From positions 45,711 to 109,710 of the forward strand of contig CACNUA010000001.1 of the NCBI GenBank assembly GCA_902623535.1: 64,000 bases of DNA, written 5' to 3'. Both the position numbers and the translations under genes were made by a program. The DNA is from an uncultured SAR86 cluster bacterium (GTDB lineage Bacteria > Pseudomonadota > Gammaproteobacteria > Magnimaribacterales > D2472). The number at the start of each line of letters is the position of its first letter. The stretch's first letter is position 1. The notes beneath the pieces are model-generated. The model saw only the letters and a program-made list of their open reading frames with translations, was not told the DNA's origin and did not search any database. This document shows, piece after piece, positions 7,669 to 16,215 of this stretch.

Positions 7669-8754
7669 TCAAACGTTAAATTTAAATAAGATTACATCAC
7701 CGTCTTGAACAATATAATCCTTACCCTCAAGCCTTAAAGCACCTTCTTGACGTGCGCCATGATTTCCAGAATATTCAATAAAGTCATCGTATGAAACAAC
7801 TTCGGCCTTAATAAATCCCTTCTCAAAATCTGTATGAATTACACCAGCAGCTTGAGGAGCCAAAGATCCTTTCTTAATAGTCCAAGCCCTTGACTCTTGT
7901 GGCCCACTTGTAAAGTAAGTTTGTAGGCTGAGTATCTCAAATCCAGCTCTGATTATTGAATTTAATGCAGGCTCATTAATTTCTAAGAGATTTAGATATT
8001 CCTTGCGCTCCTCTTGATCAAGAGTCGCTATTTCATATTCCTGCTCAACTACAACAGGAATAAACTGAATAGAATTTTTATCACACCAATGATGAATTTC
8101 AGTTTGATGATTTAGATTTGCATCCTCTGAGATATTTCCTACAACAAAAAATGGCTTAGATGTCAGGAGATTAAAGTTTGAAATAATCTCATTTTCCTCA
8201 TCTGAAAATAGACTTAGATTTATGAAATTTGTATCAGATATTTCCTTAATGACCTTCTCAATTATTTGAACCTCTTTTTTAATGAGTTCGTCATTCGATT
8301 TAATTAATTTTTTATTTCTTTCTTCTCTCTTATTAAGTGTTTGTATGTCAGCAAGAGCAAGTTCTGTGAGTATCACCTCTAGATCATCCAAAGGGTTAAT
8401 TTTACCATTCACATGTGTAATATTTTCATTTTCGAAACATCTAACTACATGAGCAATCGCATTTACTTCTCTAATATTTGCCAGAAAAGCATTCCCAAGA
8501 CCTTCTCCGTGTGATGCTCCTTTCACCAGTCCTGCAATATCCACAAATGTAGTTGAGGCATAAATTAACTGCTCAGATTGAGAAATTTTATGTATTCTAT
8601 CTAGCCTGGCATCAGGAACATTAACTATGCCAATATTAGGCTCAATAGTGCAGAAAGGAAAGTTTTCAGCAGCAATAGCGGATTCTGTTAATGCATTAAA
8701 AAGTGTTGATTTACCAACATTTGGCAGGCCAACAATTCCGCATTTGAATCCCAT
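7669..8754 (-). CDS. ychF: Ribosome-binding ATPase YchF
   Basis: MGFKCGIVGLPNVGKSTLFNALT P-loop and C-terminal TGS-like domain (GKDYIVQDGDVILFKFNV). Downstream of pth. Confidence 0.95.
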   Translation of the reverse strand: MGFKCGIVGLPNVGKSTLFNALTESAIAAENFPFCTIEPNIGIVNVPDARLDRIHKISQSEQLIYASTTFVDIAGLVKGASHGEGLGNAFLANIREVNAIAHVVRCFENENITHVNGKINPLDDLEVILTELALADIQTLNKREERNKKLIKSNDELIKKEVQIIEKVIKEISDTNFINLSLFSDEENEIISNFNLLTSKPFFVVGNISEDANLNHQTEIHHWCDKNSIQFIPVVVEQEYEIATLDQEERKEYLNLLEINEPALNSIIRAGFEILSLQTYFTSGPQESRAWTIKKGSLAPQAAGVIHTDFEKGFIKAEVVSYDDFIEYSGNHGARQEGALRLEGKDYIVQDGDVILFKFNV

Positions 8755-8763
8755 AATTAATAG

Positions 8764-9336
8764 CTAGTTTGTGTTAATTTCTTTTTGAAATTTATCCATA
8801 CCATGTTCAATAAGAATAGGGATCATATTATTGATAGTTTTATATGACTTCTTGATTAGACTTTTTTCAGATGGTTTGAACTTGCTAAGAACCCACTTCG
8901 TTACATCATCTTTTGATCCTGGGTGAGAAATTCCTATTCTTAATCTATAAAAATTTGAACCTATTAAGTGAATAATATCTCTCATACCATTATGTCCTCC
9001 ATGACCACCTCCAAACTTAAATTTCAACTTGCCAGTTTCTAAGTCAAGGTCATCGTAAATGACAACTAATCGTTCAGGTTTTATTTTGTGTTTTTTTAAT
9101 ATCTTTAGAGCAGTTTTGCCAGACTCATTTACATAAGATTCGTTTGCATACCATTGAAATAATCCATTATGAGATTTAAAAGTTGAAGCAAGTATTATTT
9201 TATTTGAAGATATAGGTGCTTTTAGATCTTTAGCAAGACTTAAAATATAATCTTTTCCGACATTATGACGCTGAAGATCATACTTCGAGCTAGGATTTCC
9301 TAAGCCCAAAAAAAATATTTTTTGAGTTTGTGCCAA
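8764..9336 (-). CDS. pth: Peptidyl-tRNA hydrolase
   Basis: FFLGLGNPSSKYDLQRHNVG and GGGHGGHNGMRDI motifs. 190 aa. Confidence 0.93.
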   Translation of the reverse strand: MAQTQKIFFLGLGNPSSKYDLQRHNVGKDYILSLAKDLKAPISSNKIILASTFKSHNGLFQWYANESYVNESGKTALKILKKHKIKPERLVVIYDDLDLETGKLKFKFGGGHGGHNGMRDIIHLIGSNFYRLRIGISHPGSKDDVTKWVLSKFKPSEKSLIKKSYKTINNMIPILIEHGMDKFQKEINTN

Positions 9337-10047
9337 TTATTCGGCTGGTGTTTCTTCAGCAGAATCTTCACTTTCAGCTGACGCATCTTCTGATGCTGAT
9401 TCAGCTTCATCAGTTGAAGCATCTTCACCTTCAGCCTCATCTTCAATAACGGGCTCTTCTTCAACAATTTCCTTAGGTGTCACTACATTAACAACCATTT
9501 GATCATTACTTTCATCGAGGTTCGGTATTTCAATTCCTTCACCCAGGGAAAGCTCAGTAAGCCTTATTGACTCATTTAGTTTAAGCTCTAAAACATCAAC
9601 ATCTATGGACTCAGGAATATTTGAGGCTAAGCAAGAGACTTCAATCTCTCTAATTGCTTTTGTCAACACACCGCCTTCCATTTTCACCCCATGGCACTCT
9701 TCTTCATTAAGGAATTTTACAGGCACGATAACCTTAAGCTTAGTTTTGCTTGATACTCTTTGAAAGTCAGCGTGTAAAAGTTTCCCCTTTTCAGGCTCTC
9801 TTTGAAGCTCTTTCAAAACAACCTTCTCCTCGTTACCGTCAAGGACAATTTTAAGAACCTGGGTGTAAAAAAGTTCTGATTCACAAGCTTTTGTAATTTC
9901 ATTTAAAGGGACTTTAATATTTTTTGTATCTTCGTTGTTACCGTATATTACAGCAGGAACCATTGAATCTTCTCTTCTAATTTCTCTGTTTTTATTGGTT
10001 CCAGTTCTTAATCGCGCATCAGCATTTAAAATAATCTCGTTACTCAT
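9337..10047 (-). CDS. rplY: 50S ribosomal protein L25 (Ctc-type) with long acidic C-terminal tail
   Basis: N-terminal L25/Ctc fold pattern (RTGTNKNREIRREDSMVPAVIYG). Position between prs and pth. C-terminal Asp/Glu/Ser/Ala-rich tail of about 45 aa. Confidence 0.9.
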   Translation of the reverse strand: MSNEIILNADARLRTGTNKNREIRREDSMVPAVIYGNNEDTKNIKVPLNEITKACESELFYTQVLKIVLDGNEEKVVLKELQREPEKGKLLHADFQRVSSKTKLKVIVPVKFLNEEECHGVKMEGGVLTKAIREIEVSCLASNIPESIDVDVLELKLNESIRLTELSLGEGIEIPNLDESNDQMVVNVVTPKEIVEEEPVIEDEAEGEDASTDEAESASEDASAESEDSAEETPAE

Positions 10048-10058
10048 TTTCTTTCCAG

Positions 10059-11018
10059 TTATAGGAAGAGTGCGCTCAGCGACTCCTCGTTATTCAATCT
10101 TCTAATGCACTCTGCAATAGTGGGTGCAAGAGAAATGACGCGTATTTTACTGCATTTTTTTGCTTCTTGCGAAAGAGGGATGGAATTTGTTACAACTAAT
10201 TCGTCAATTGATGAATTATTAATTCTCTCAATAGCAGGACCGGAAAGCACAGGATGAGTAATATAGGCTTTAACCTTTGATGCGCCAGCATCTTTTAAGG
10301 CTTGTGCTGCATTACACAAGGTTCCAGCAGTATCAATAATATCATCGGGCACAATGCAAGTTTTTCCCTTAATGTCACCAATAATATTCATTACCTCTGA
10401 TTCATTAGCAGCTGCTCTTCGTTTATCAATGATTGCAAGATCAGATTCATCTAAGAATTTTGCAAGAGCTCGAGATCTAACTACTCCACCTACATCTGGA
10501 GAAACAACAATTAGTTTTTCATTTGCGCTAGGACTTCTTTTGATATCATCGACCATGATCTTGGTTGCATAAACGTTATCTGCAGGCATATCAAAAAATC
10601 CTTGAATGGTTTCAGAATGAAGGTCTACCGTAAGAACTCTTTGAATCCCCACTTGATTGAGCATATCTGCAACTACTTTTGCACTGATTGGTACTCTTGC
10701 TGATCTAACTCGCCTGTCCTGCCTTGCGTATCCAAAGTAGGGGATGATAGCTGTAATTCTCGAAGCTGAAGATCGCTTTAATGCATCAGCCAATAGCATT
10801 AGCTCCATTATGTTTGCATTAGACGGCTGACAAGTTGATTGAATTATAAATGTTTCATGTCCTCTGACATTTTCAAGCAACTCAACTCTTATTTCGCCAT
10901 CTGAAAATTTGCTGACTTCGACTTTACCAAGATCTTGTCCCAATATAGATGCAACTTCTGATGCAAGAGCTGGGGTCGCATTCCCAGAAAAAATATCTAA
11001 ACTAGATTTACTAAACAT
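10059..11018 (-). CDS. prs: Ribose-phosphate pyrophosphokinase
   Basis: [46 protein letters not shown] and the PRPP-binding DDIIDTAGT motif. Confidence 0.96.
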   Translation of the reverse strand: MFSKSSLDIFSGNATPALASEVASILGQDLGKVEVSKFSDGEIRVELLENVRGHETFIIQSTCQPSNANIMELMLLADALKRSSASRITAIIPYFGYARQDRRVRSARVPISAKVVADMLNQVGIQRVLTVDLHSETIQGFFDMPADNVYATKIMVDDIKRSPSANEKLIVVSPDVGGVVRSRALAKFLDESDLAIIDKRRAAANESEVMNIIGDIKGKTCIVPDDIIDTAGTLCNAAQALKDAGASKVKAYITHPVLSGPAIERINNSSIDELVVTNSIPLSQEAKKCSKIRVISLAPTIAECIRRLNNEESLSALFL

Positions 11019-11024
11019 TTTAAT

Positions 11025-11099
11025 TGGCTGGGGTGGTAGGATTCGAACCTACGCATGACGGGATCAAAACCCGTTGCCTTACCGCTTGGCCACACCCCA
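11025..11099 (-). tRNA. tRNA-Gln (UUG)
   Basis: Reverse complement reads TGGGGTGTGGCCAAGCGGTAAGGCAACGGGTTTTGATCCCGTCATGCGTAGGTTCGAATCCTACCACCCCAGCCA. Clean 75-nt cloverleaf with anticodon loop UUUUGAU and an encoded CCA. Nearly identical in architecture to remembered E. coli tRNA-Gln. Confidence 0.93.
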
Positions 11100-11930
11100 T
11101 TAATTATCATTAATAGGTGAGTATTGTAATGGTTCAACATTAAAGAATCTCCAATTATTTGGAATTTTTTTTACAAATTCAGTTATTTCAAGCTCATTTT
11201 TATAGAAACAGAAGTGCGAAGACCCTGTTCCAGTAATAGCGAACTTCAAATGAAAGTCTTCTTCCGATTGACTAAAAAAATCACTTATTAATGGGAATTT
11301 TTTATTAAAAATATCCTGGAAATCATTTTGTTCGTCATAAGTTTTTTCATCACATTGAAGTTTTCTCTGGGTTTGAAGCTCATCAAACATCTCTTTTGTT
11401 GAAACATGGATATTTGGGTATATCAGCAGTATTTTTGTATTTATTGAATCACATGGAGATAATATTTCTCCAAACCCAGACACATTAGCATTCTTGCCAT
11501 TGATAAAGAATGGAATATCCGCACCTAGTTCAGCACCAAGCTGAGATAATTTAATCCTGGATAAGTTCAATTTGAATAAATTATTTAAGCACACTAATGT
11601 TGAAGCAGCATTAGAGCTACCACCACCTAATCCTGCTCCCATGGGAATATTCTTCATAACTGTTATTTCACAACCCAAGTCTTTACCAACAGCTTCTTGA
11701 AGTTTAAAACACGCATCCAGAATAATATTTTTATTCAAAAAACTTTTATCTTTAATGTTTGATCTTAGACTGATATCTTTATTATTTGTTTTTTGAATAT
11801 TGATTTCATCAAATAGGTTTATAAGCTGGAATCTCGATTCTATGTTATGAAAGCCATCGACCCTTTTTTTTCTGACTTTAAGGAAAAGATTAATTTTTGC
11901 AGGTGAAAAAGTTGAATTAGAGAGAGACAT
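11100..11930 (-). CDS. ispE: 4-diphosphocytidyl-2-C-methyl-D-erythritol kinase
   Basis: GHMP-kinase motif PMGAGLGGGSSNAAS and N-terminal PAKINLFLKV. Position between lolB and prs. Confidence 0.88.
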   Translation of the reverse strand: MSLSNSTFSPAKINLFLKVRKKRVDGFHNIESRFQLINLFDEINIQKTNNKDISLRSNIKDKSFLNKNIILDACFKLQEAVGKDLGCEITVMKNIPMGAGLGGGSSNAASTLVCLNNLFKLNLSRIKLSQLGAELGADIPFFINGKNANVSGFGEILSPCDSINTKILLIYPNIHVSTKEMFDELQTQRKLQCDEKTYDEQNDFQDIFNKKFPLISDFFSQSEEDFHLKFAITGTGSSHFCFYKNELEITEFVKKIPNNWRFFNVEPLQYSPINDN

Positions 11931-12426
11931 TTCTTAAAAATCCGTTTACTTCAAGATTCAATGTTGAAATTTTAAACGTTATTTTCCCTGCGTTGTTTTT
12001 ACAAGTATAGCCATCAGTCATAATTAATTTCTTATTAATCAAGCAGCTCCTAGTATTTGAAATAATATTCATTTTATCTAGTTCAATAAGCTCGCCTTGT
12101 TCCAAGAAATTAAAAAAGTTTTCCTGAAAAATAAAATTTTCATTGAATTTAATATCATTTTTATAAAGGGTGCCAATTAATGGCTTATAAAGTTGTATAA
12201 TAAGCTCATTATTTGTGTACTTTATGAGCATATTTGATCTTAATATCTCTTTGTTATAGCTAATCTCAACTTTACCTTGATAATTTATATATTTGTTAGC
12301 ATTAAATGTTGCACATGAAGAAAGCAAAAAAATGATAAAAATTGTTAAATATTGAGAAATGGAACTTAAGTTATTTGGAATCAGCCATAAAACTGCAAAT
12401 CTTGAAATGCGGGAATCTTTTGTCAT
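11917..12426 (-). CDS. lolB: Outer-membrane lipoprotein LolB-like
   Basis: Lipobox FLLSSC after a hydrophobic stretch. Size about 170 aa. Conserved position upstream of ispE and divergent from hemA. The start codon is uncertain: the ATG at 12426 overlaps hemA by 68 nt. Confidence 0.6.
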   Translation of the reverse strand: MTKDSRISRFAVLWLIPNNLSSISQYLTIFIIFLLSSCATFNANKYINYQGKVEISYNKEILRSNMLIKYTNNELIIQLYKPLIGTLYKNDIKFNENFIFQENFFNFLEQGELIELDKMNIISNTRSCLINKKLIMTDGYTCKNNAGKITFKISTLNLEVNGFLRNVSL

Positions 12427-13579
12427 AAATAATGACCATTATAGTTATATCCAAAATCTTTTAGAAACAAAGTTTGCTGGTGAAATAGATAGTATCTTTG
12501 TTCTAACAACGTGCAATCGAACTGAGGTTTATTCTTATTGCAGAGGTGAGGATTCCCATCAACAATTTTTCCAATCAATTTATAAATATTTAGGCTGTGA
12601 ACTAGAGATAACAAAAAACTTTTATCAATTATCAGGAATAGCAGCCTTTAAGCATATGTGTTCAGTTGCATCAGGAATTGAGTCAAGAATAATAGGTGAG
12701 AAAGAAATATTTGGTCAATTTAAAAAAGCCAATGAGCTGTTCTTAAATATCGGCCTCAATAAACGCATGCTATCAATGTATACAGATGCAGCAATAAAAA
12801 TTGCTAAACAAGTAAGGTCGAATACAAAAATTGATCATAATCCTGTATCTATTTCTTCATTAGTATTAAATGTCTTCGATGAAATCTTTGAAAATCCTCT
12901 AGATCAAAACATAATTACAATTGGAGCCGGCGAGGTTGCTTCAGGAATTTTGAACTCTTTAGTGAATGCTGGATTTCAAAAGCTAACATTTGCAAATAGA
13001 ACTCCTAAGAAAATTAGCCTTGGGAACAATATAAGTCTCTCGTCTAGACCTCTAAACAAACTTGACCAATTATTATTAGGAAAAGATATCATCATTTCAT
13101 CTATCTCTACCGATTTGCCCTTTATCGGCAAGGGATTGATAGAAAATATTTCTGCTCAAAGAAAAAATAAACCACTCGTTATTATTGATCTTGGAGTACC
13201 TAGGAATGCAGAGTCCTCGATTAAAAATATCGAGCAAGTTTATCTTTTCTCGCTAGAAGACATTGAATCTTTTAGTAATGAAAATTTAAAAGCCAGAGAG
13301 TCTGAGGCTGAGAAAGCTAAAGTTCTTATCAATGACTTATGTTCTATAAATGATGAGGGGCTAAAGGAAAAAGTTTCACGTAGAGAACTTTACTCAGCCC
13401 TTACAAAATTAATTCAAGGCGCAACTGAGGATTTCAAAACAAAACTTTTAAATTCTAATGATCCCATCAAAGCACTTAATGAAATCAATGATGCAGAAAT
13501 AAAATTACCAAAAAACATAAATGATATTGAAAGCTATGCACTTAGATCTATGATTCGGGAGATCATCGATGTTGCCTGA
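12359..13579 (+). CDS. hemA: Glutamyl-tRNA reductase
   Basis: N-terminus MELKLFGISHKTANLEMRESF aligns with E. coli HemA [21 protein letters not shown]. Active-site TCNRTEVY. Rossmann-like IGAGEVA. Confidence 0.92.
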   Translation: MELKLFGISHKTANLEMRESFVINNDHYSYIQNLLETKFAGEIDSIFVLTTCNRTEVYSYCRGEDSHQQFFQSIYKYLGCELEITKNFYQLSGIAAFKHMCSVASGIESRIIGEKEIFGQFKKANELFLNIGLNKRMLSMYTDAAIKIAKQVRSNTKIDHNPVSISSLVLNVFDEIFENPLDQNIITIGAGEVASGILNSLVNAGFQKLTFANRTPKKISLGNNISLSSRPLNKLDQLLLGKDIIISSISTDLPFIGKGLIENISAQRKNKPLVIIDLGVPRNAESSIKNIEQVYLFSLEDIESFSNENLKARESEAEKAKVLINDLCSINDEGLKEKVSRRELYSALTKLIQGATEDFKTKLLNSNDPIKALNEINDAEIKLPKNINDIESYALRSMIREIIDVA

Positions 13580-14672
13580 GTCTGTATTAAATAAGCTTAA
13601 CTCTTTAGTATTAAGAAAAAAGGATCTTGAAGATCAGTTATCTAGTGAAGGCGCTACCGAGGATATTTCAAAATTTACTTCACTCAATAAAGAGTATTCT
13701 GAAATCACACCAGTTGTTGAATTGTATGGAAATTATAATCATTCCCTTCAATCCATTCAGGAATCTAAAGAAATGCTTGATCTTGAGGATAAAGAGATTA
13801 TTGAACTAGCAAAACAAGAAATCGAAGAACTAGAATCAAGCATTGAAATAGTTGAAAAAGATCTCAAGTTATTATTACTCCCAAAAGACAACGCTGATGA
13901 TGGTGCTGCATACCTAGAAATTAGAGCTGGAGCAGGCGGTGACGAAGCTGCAATCTTTGCATCAGATTTATTGCGTCTTTACTCAAGATTTTGTGAAAGG
14001 GAAGGTTGGAAATTTGAGCTTATGACTAATAAAGTTTCTGAACCGGCAGGCACAAAAGAAGCTGTCATGAAGATAGATGGAGATGGAGTTTATAAATATT
14101 TAAAGTTCGAGTCAGGAGTCCATCGAGTTCAAAGAGTGCCAGAAACGGAATCGCAAGGTAGGATTCATACTTCTACAGTCACTGTTGCCGTATTGCCTGT
14201 AGTAGATGAAGTTGAAGAAGTAGAAATTGATAAAAATGACCTTAGAGTGGATACATTTAGAGCTTCAGGTGCTGGAGGCCAACACGTAAATAAGACTGAC
14301 TCCGCCATAAGGTTGACGCATCTTCCTACTGGTCTCGTAGTTGAGTGCCAAGATGACAGGTCACAGCATAAAAATAAAGCAAAAGCTATGATACTTTTGT
14401 CCAGTAAATTAAAAGCTATGGAGGAGGAGGAACTGGCTCAAAGCATAGCAGATGAACGTAAGATTCTTGTTGGTACAGGTGATAGAAGTGAAAAGATTAG
14501 AACCTATAATTTCCCACAAGGTAGAATAACTGATCACAGAATTAAATTGACTCAACACAACCTTGATCAGGTCATGGATGGAGATATCAAAGACATCTCG
14601 AGTGCTTTATTAACAGAGCATCAACTAGCCCAATTAGCAGATTTAGAAACTGATGGAAGCCAACAACAATAA
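13569..14672 (+). CDS. prfA: Peptide chain release factor 1
   Basis: Motifs read directly from the protein: RVQRVPETESQGRIHTST (RF1 codon-recognition region as I recall it) and SGAGGQHVNKTDSAIR (GGQ). Confidence 0.96.
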   Translation: MLPESVLNKLNSLVLRKKDLEDQLSSEGATEDISKFTSLNKEYSEITPVVELYGNYNHSLQSIQESKEMLDLEDKEIIELAKQEIEELESSIEIVEKDLKLLLLPKDNADDGAAYLEIRAGAGGDEAAIFASDLLRLYSRFCEREGWKFELMTNKVSEPAGTKEAVMKIDGDGVYKYLKFESGVHRVQRVPETESQGRIHTSTVTVAVLPVVDEVEEVEIDKNDLRVDTFRASGAGGQHVNKTDSAIRLTHLPTGLVVECQDDRSQHKNKAKAMILLSSKLKAMEEEELAQSIADERKILVGTGDRSEKIRTYNFPQGRITDHRIKLTQHNLDQVMDGDIKDISSALLTEHQLAQLADLETDGSQQQ

Positions 14673-15483
14673 AGAGTTCATTCTTAAAAAGTGTCAGGCT
14701 TATAAGAAAGATTTCCCCGAAATACAAAAAGACTTAAACATCTTTTTGAATCTCAATGATATTCTTAAGTATCCGATTGAGTCTCCAATAGATCAAAAGA
14801 TTGATAATCAATCTAAGTCATTTATCGATGACGTTTTCTTCAGAAATTATCTTCAAGAAATGCCTGTGGATTATATTTTAGGCAAGACCAATTTTTATGG
14901 TATCGAATTCAATGTTAATTATGACGTTTTAATTCCAAGACCTGAGACTGAGCTAATTATAGACTATCTTGTAGAGAGTGTTGGCTCAAAAAGCATTATC
15001 GTCGATGCAGGGACAGGCTCAGGTTGTATTGGAATAACTGCAGCTAAAAAGTTCCCTTGTTCAAAAGTGTTCGCTATTGATAAATCGTTTAGCGCATTAA
15101 AAATAGCACAACAAAATCAGTTAGAGTTGAATTGTGAAAACTTATATTTAATTCAATCGGATTGGCTTAAATGTTTTCAAGGAAATTCTATTGATATTAT
15201 TTTGGCAAACCCCCCCTATCTTAGATCATCTGATCCTCACCTAAATTCTTTGCAATGGGAGCCCAAAAATGCCCTTGTATCAGGAGATACCGGAATTGAG
15301 TGTTTTGAAGAAATATTTTCACAGTCTAAGTCATTATTAAAAAATGAAGGTTTTTTGATTGTTGAACATGGATATGATCAGCATAGAGACTTAGTTGATC
15401 TTGCAACTAATGTTAACTTAAGCGTTATTGATAGCATTATTGATTATCAAAAAATACCTAGATTTTTGGTGTTAGGGACCTAA
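14653..15483 (+). CDS. prmC: Release-factor glutamine N5-methyltransferase (HemK/PrmC)
   Basis: SAM-binding DAGTGSGCIG and catalytic NPPY motif. 20-nt overlap with prfA. Confidence 0.9.
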   Translation: MEANNNKEFILKKCQAYKKDFPEIQKDLNIFLNLNDILKYPIESPIDQKIDNQSKSFIDDVFFRNYLQEMPVDYILGKTNFYGIEFNVNYDVLIPRPETELIIDYLVESVGSKSIIVDAGTGSGCIGITAAKKFPCSKVFAIDKSFSALKIAQQNQLELNCENLYLIQSDWLKCFQGNSIDIILANPPYLRSSDPHLNSLQWEPKNALVSGDTGIECFEEIFSQSKSLLKNEGFLIVEHGYDQHRDLVDLATNVNLSVIDSIIDYQKIPRFLVLGT

Positions 15484-15489
15484 GTCAGA

Positions 15490-16215
15490 ATGAATTTCTG
15501 GGAAACAGCAACTCAGCTCAGTGGTTTTAATGAAACTTTTGTTGATGAACTTAATTCAAAAAAAATACTTTTAATTGGAGCTGGTGGATTATCTCATCCC
15601 TTAGTAACGTCATTATGTGGTTCAGGATTAACAACTTTTGATATTGCCGATGGAGATGTAATCGAATACAAAAACCTTCACCGACAGTTCTTATTTAATG
15701 AAAAATGTATTGGTCAAGGTAAAGCCAGGGTTTTGAAGTCTAAGTTAGAAGATCAATACCCTCAAACTAACATTTCGATTATTGAAAAATTTCTAGAAGA
15801 AAAAGATCTATTTGAACAAATACCGAATTATGATTTGATAGTTGACTGTTCTGATAACTTTAAAACTAGATATAACATTAATGAGGTCTGTGTTGAAAAG
15901 AATATCCCTTTAGTCATGGGTCTAGCATCAGGAGTAACAGGTCACGCTGTAGCATTCCTAAATTATGCTAATAGCCCCTGTTACGAATGTATTTTTCCAA
16001 GGAACACAAATATTAATGAGGATTCATGTGATGAGTTAGGAATTCATACTCCAGTGTTGTCATACGTAAGCTCAATAGTTGCAATGATGACCATAAGAAT
16101 AATCTTGGATCAATTCACAAAGGAAAATTTCTTATATAGGATAGATGGAATGACTTTAAAAACTAATCAAACACTCATTAATAAAGATAATGAGTGTTTT
16201 GTATGTAAAAAATAA
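15490..16215 (+). CDS. moeB: HesA/MoeB/ThiF-family adenylyltransferase (MoeB-like)
   Basis: Nucleotide-binding ILLIGAGGLSHP, NLHRQ motif and two CxxC pairs (CYEC, CFVC). It occupies the slot after prmC where moeB sits in Pseudomonas-type genomes (from memory). Confidence 0.72.
   Translation: MNFWETATQLSGFNETFVDELNSKKILLIGAGGLSHPLVTSLCGSGLTTFDIADGDVIEYKNLHRQFLFNEKCIGQGKARVLKSKLEDQYPQTNISIIEKFLEEKDLFEQIPNYDLIVDCSDNFKTRYNINEVCVEKNIPLVMGLASGVTGHAVAFLNYANSPCYECIFPRNTNINEDSCDELGIHTPVLSYVSSIVAMMTIRIILDQFTKENFLYRIDGMTLKTNQTLINKDNECFVCKK

Noticed and set aside
9337-9480. Repetitive-looking DNA (GATGC/TTCAGC-rich) at the 3' end of rplY, and similar low-complexity DNA at 58780-58965 in rpsF. I considered these as tandem repeats.
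   Set aside because: They translate in frame into acidic or K/E-rich low-complexity protein tails. No exact unit repeat could be defined.
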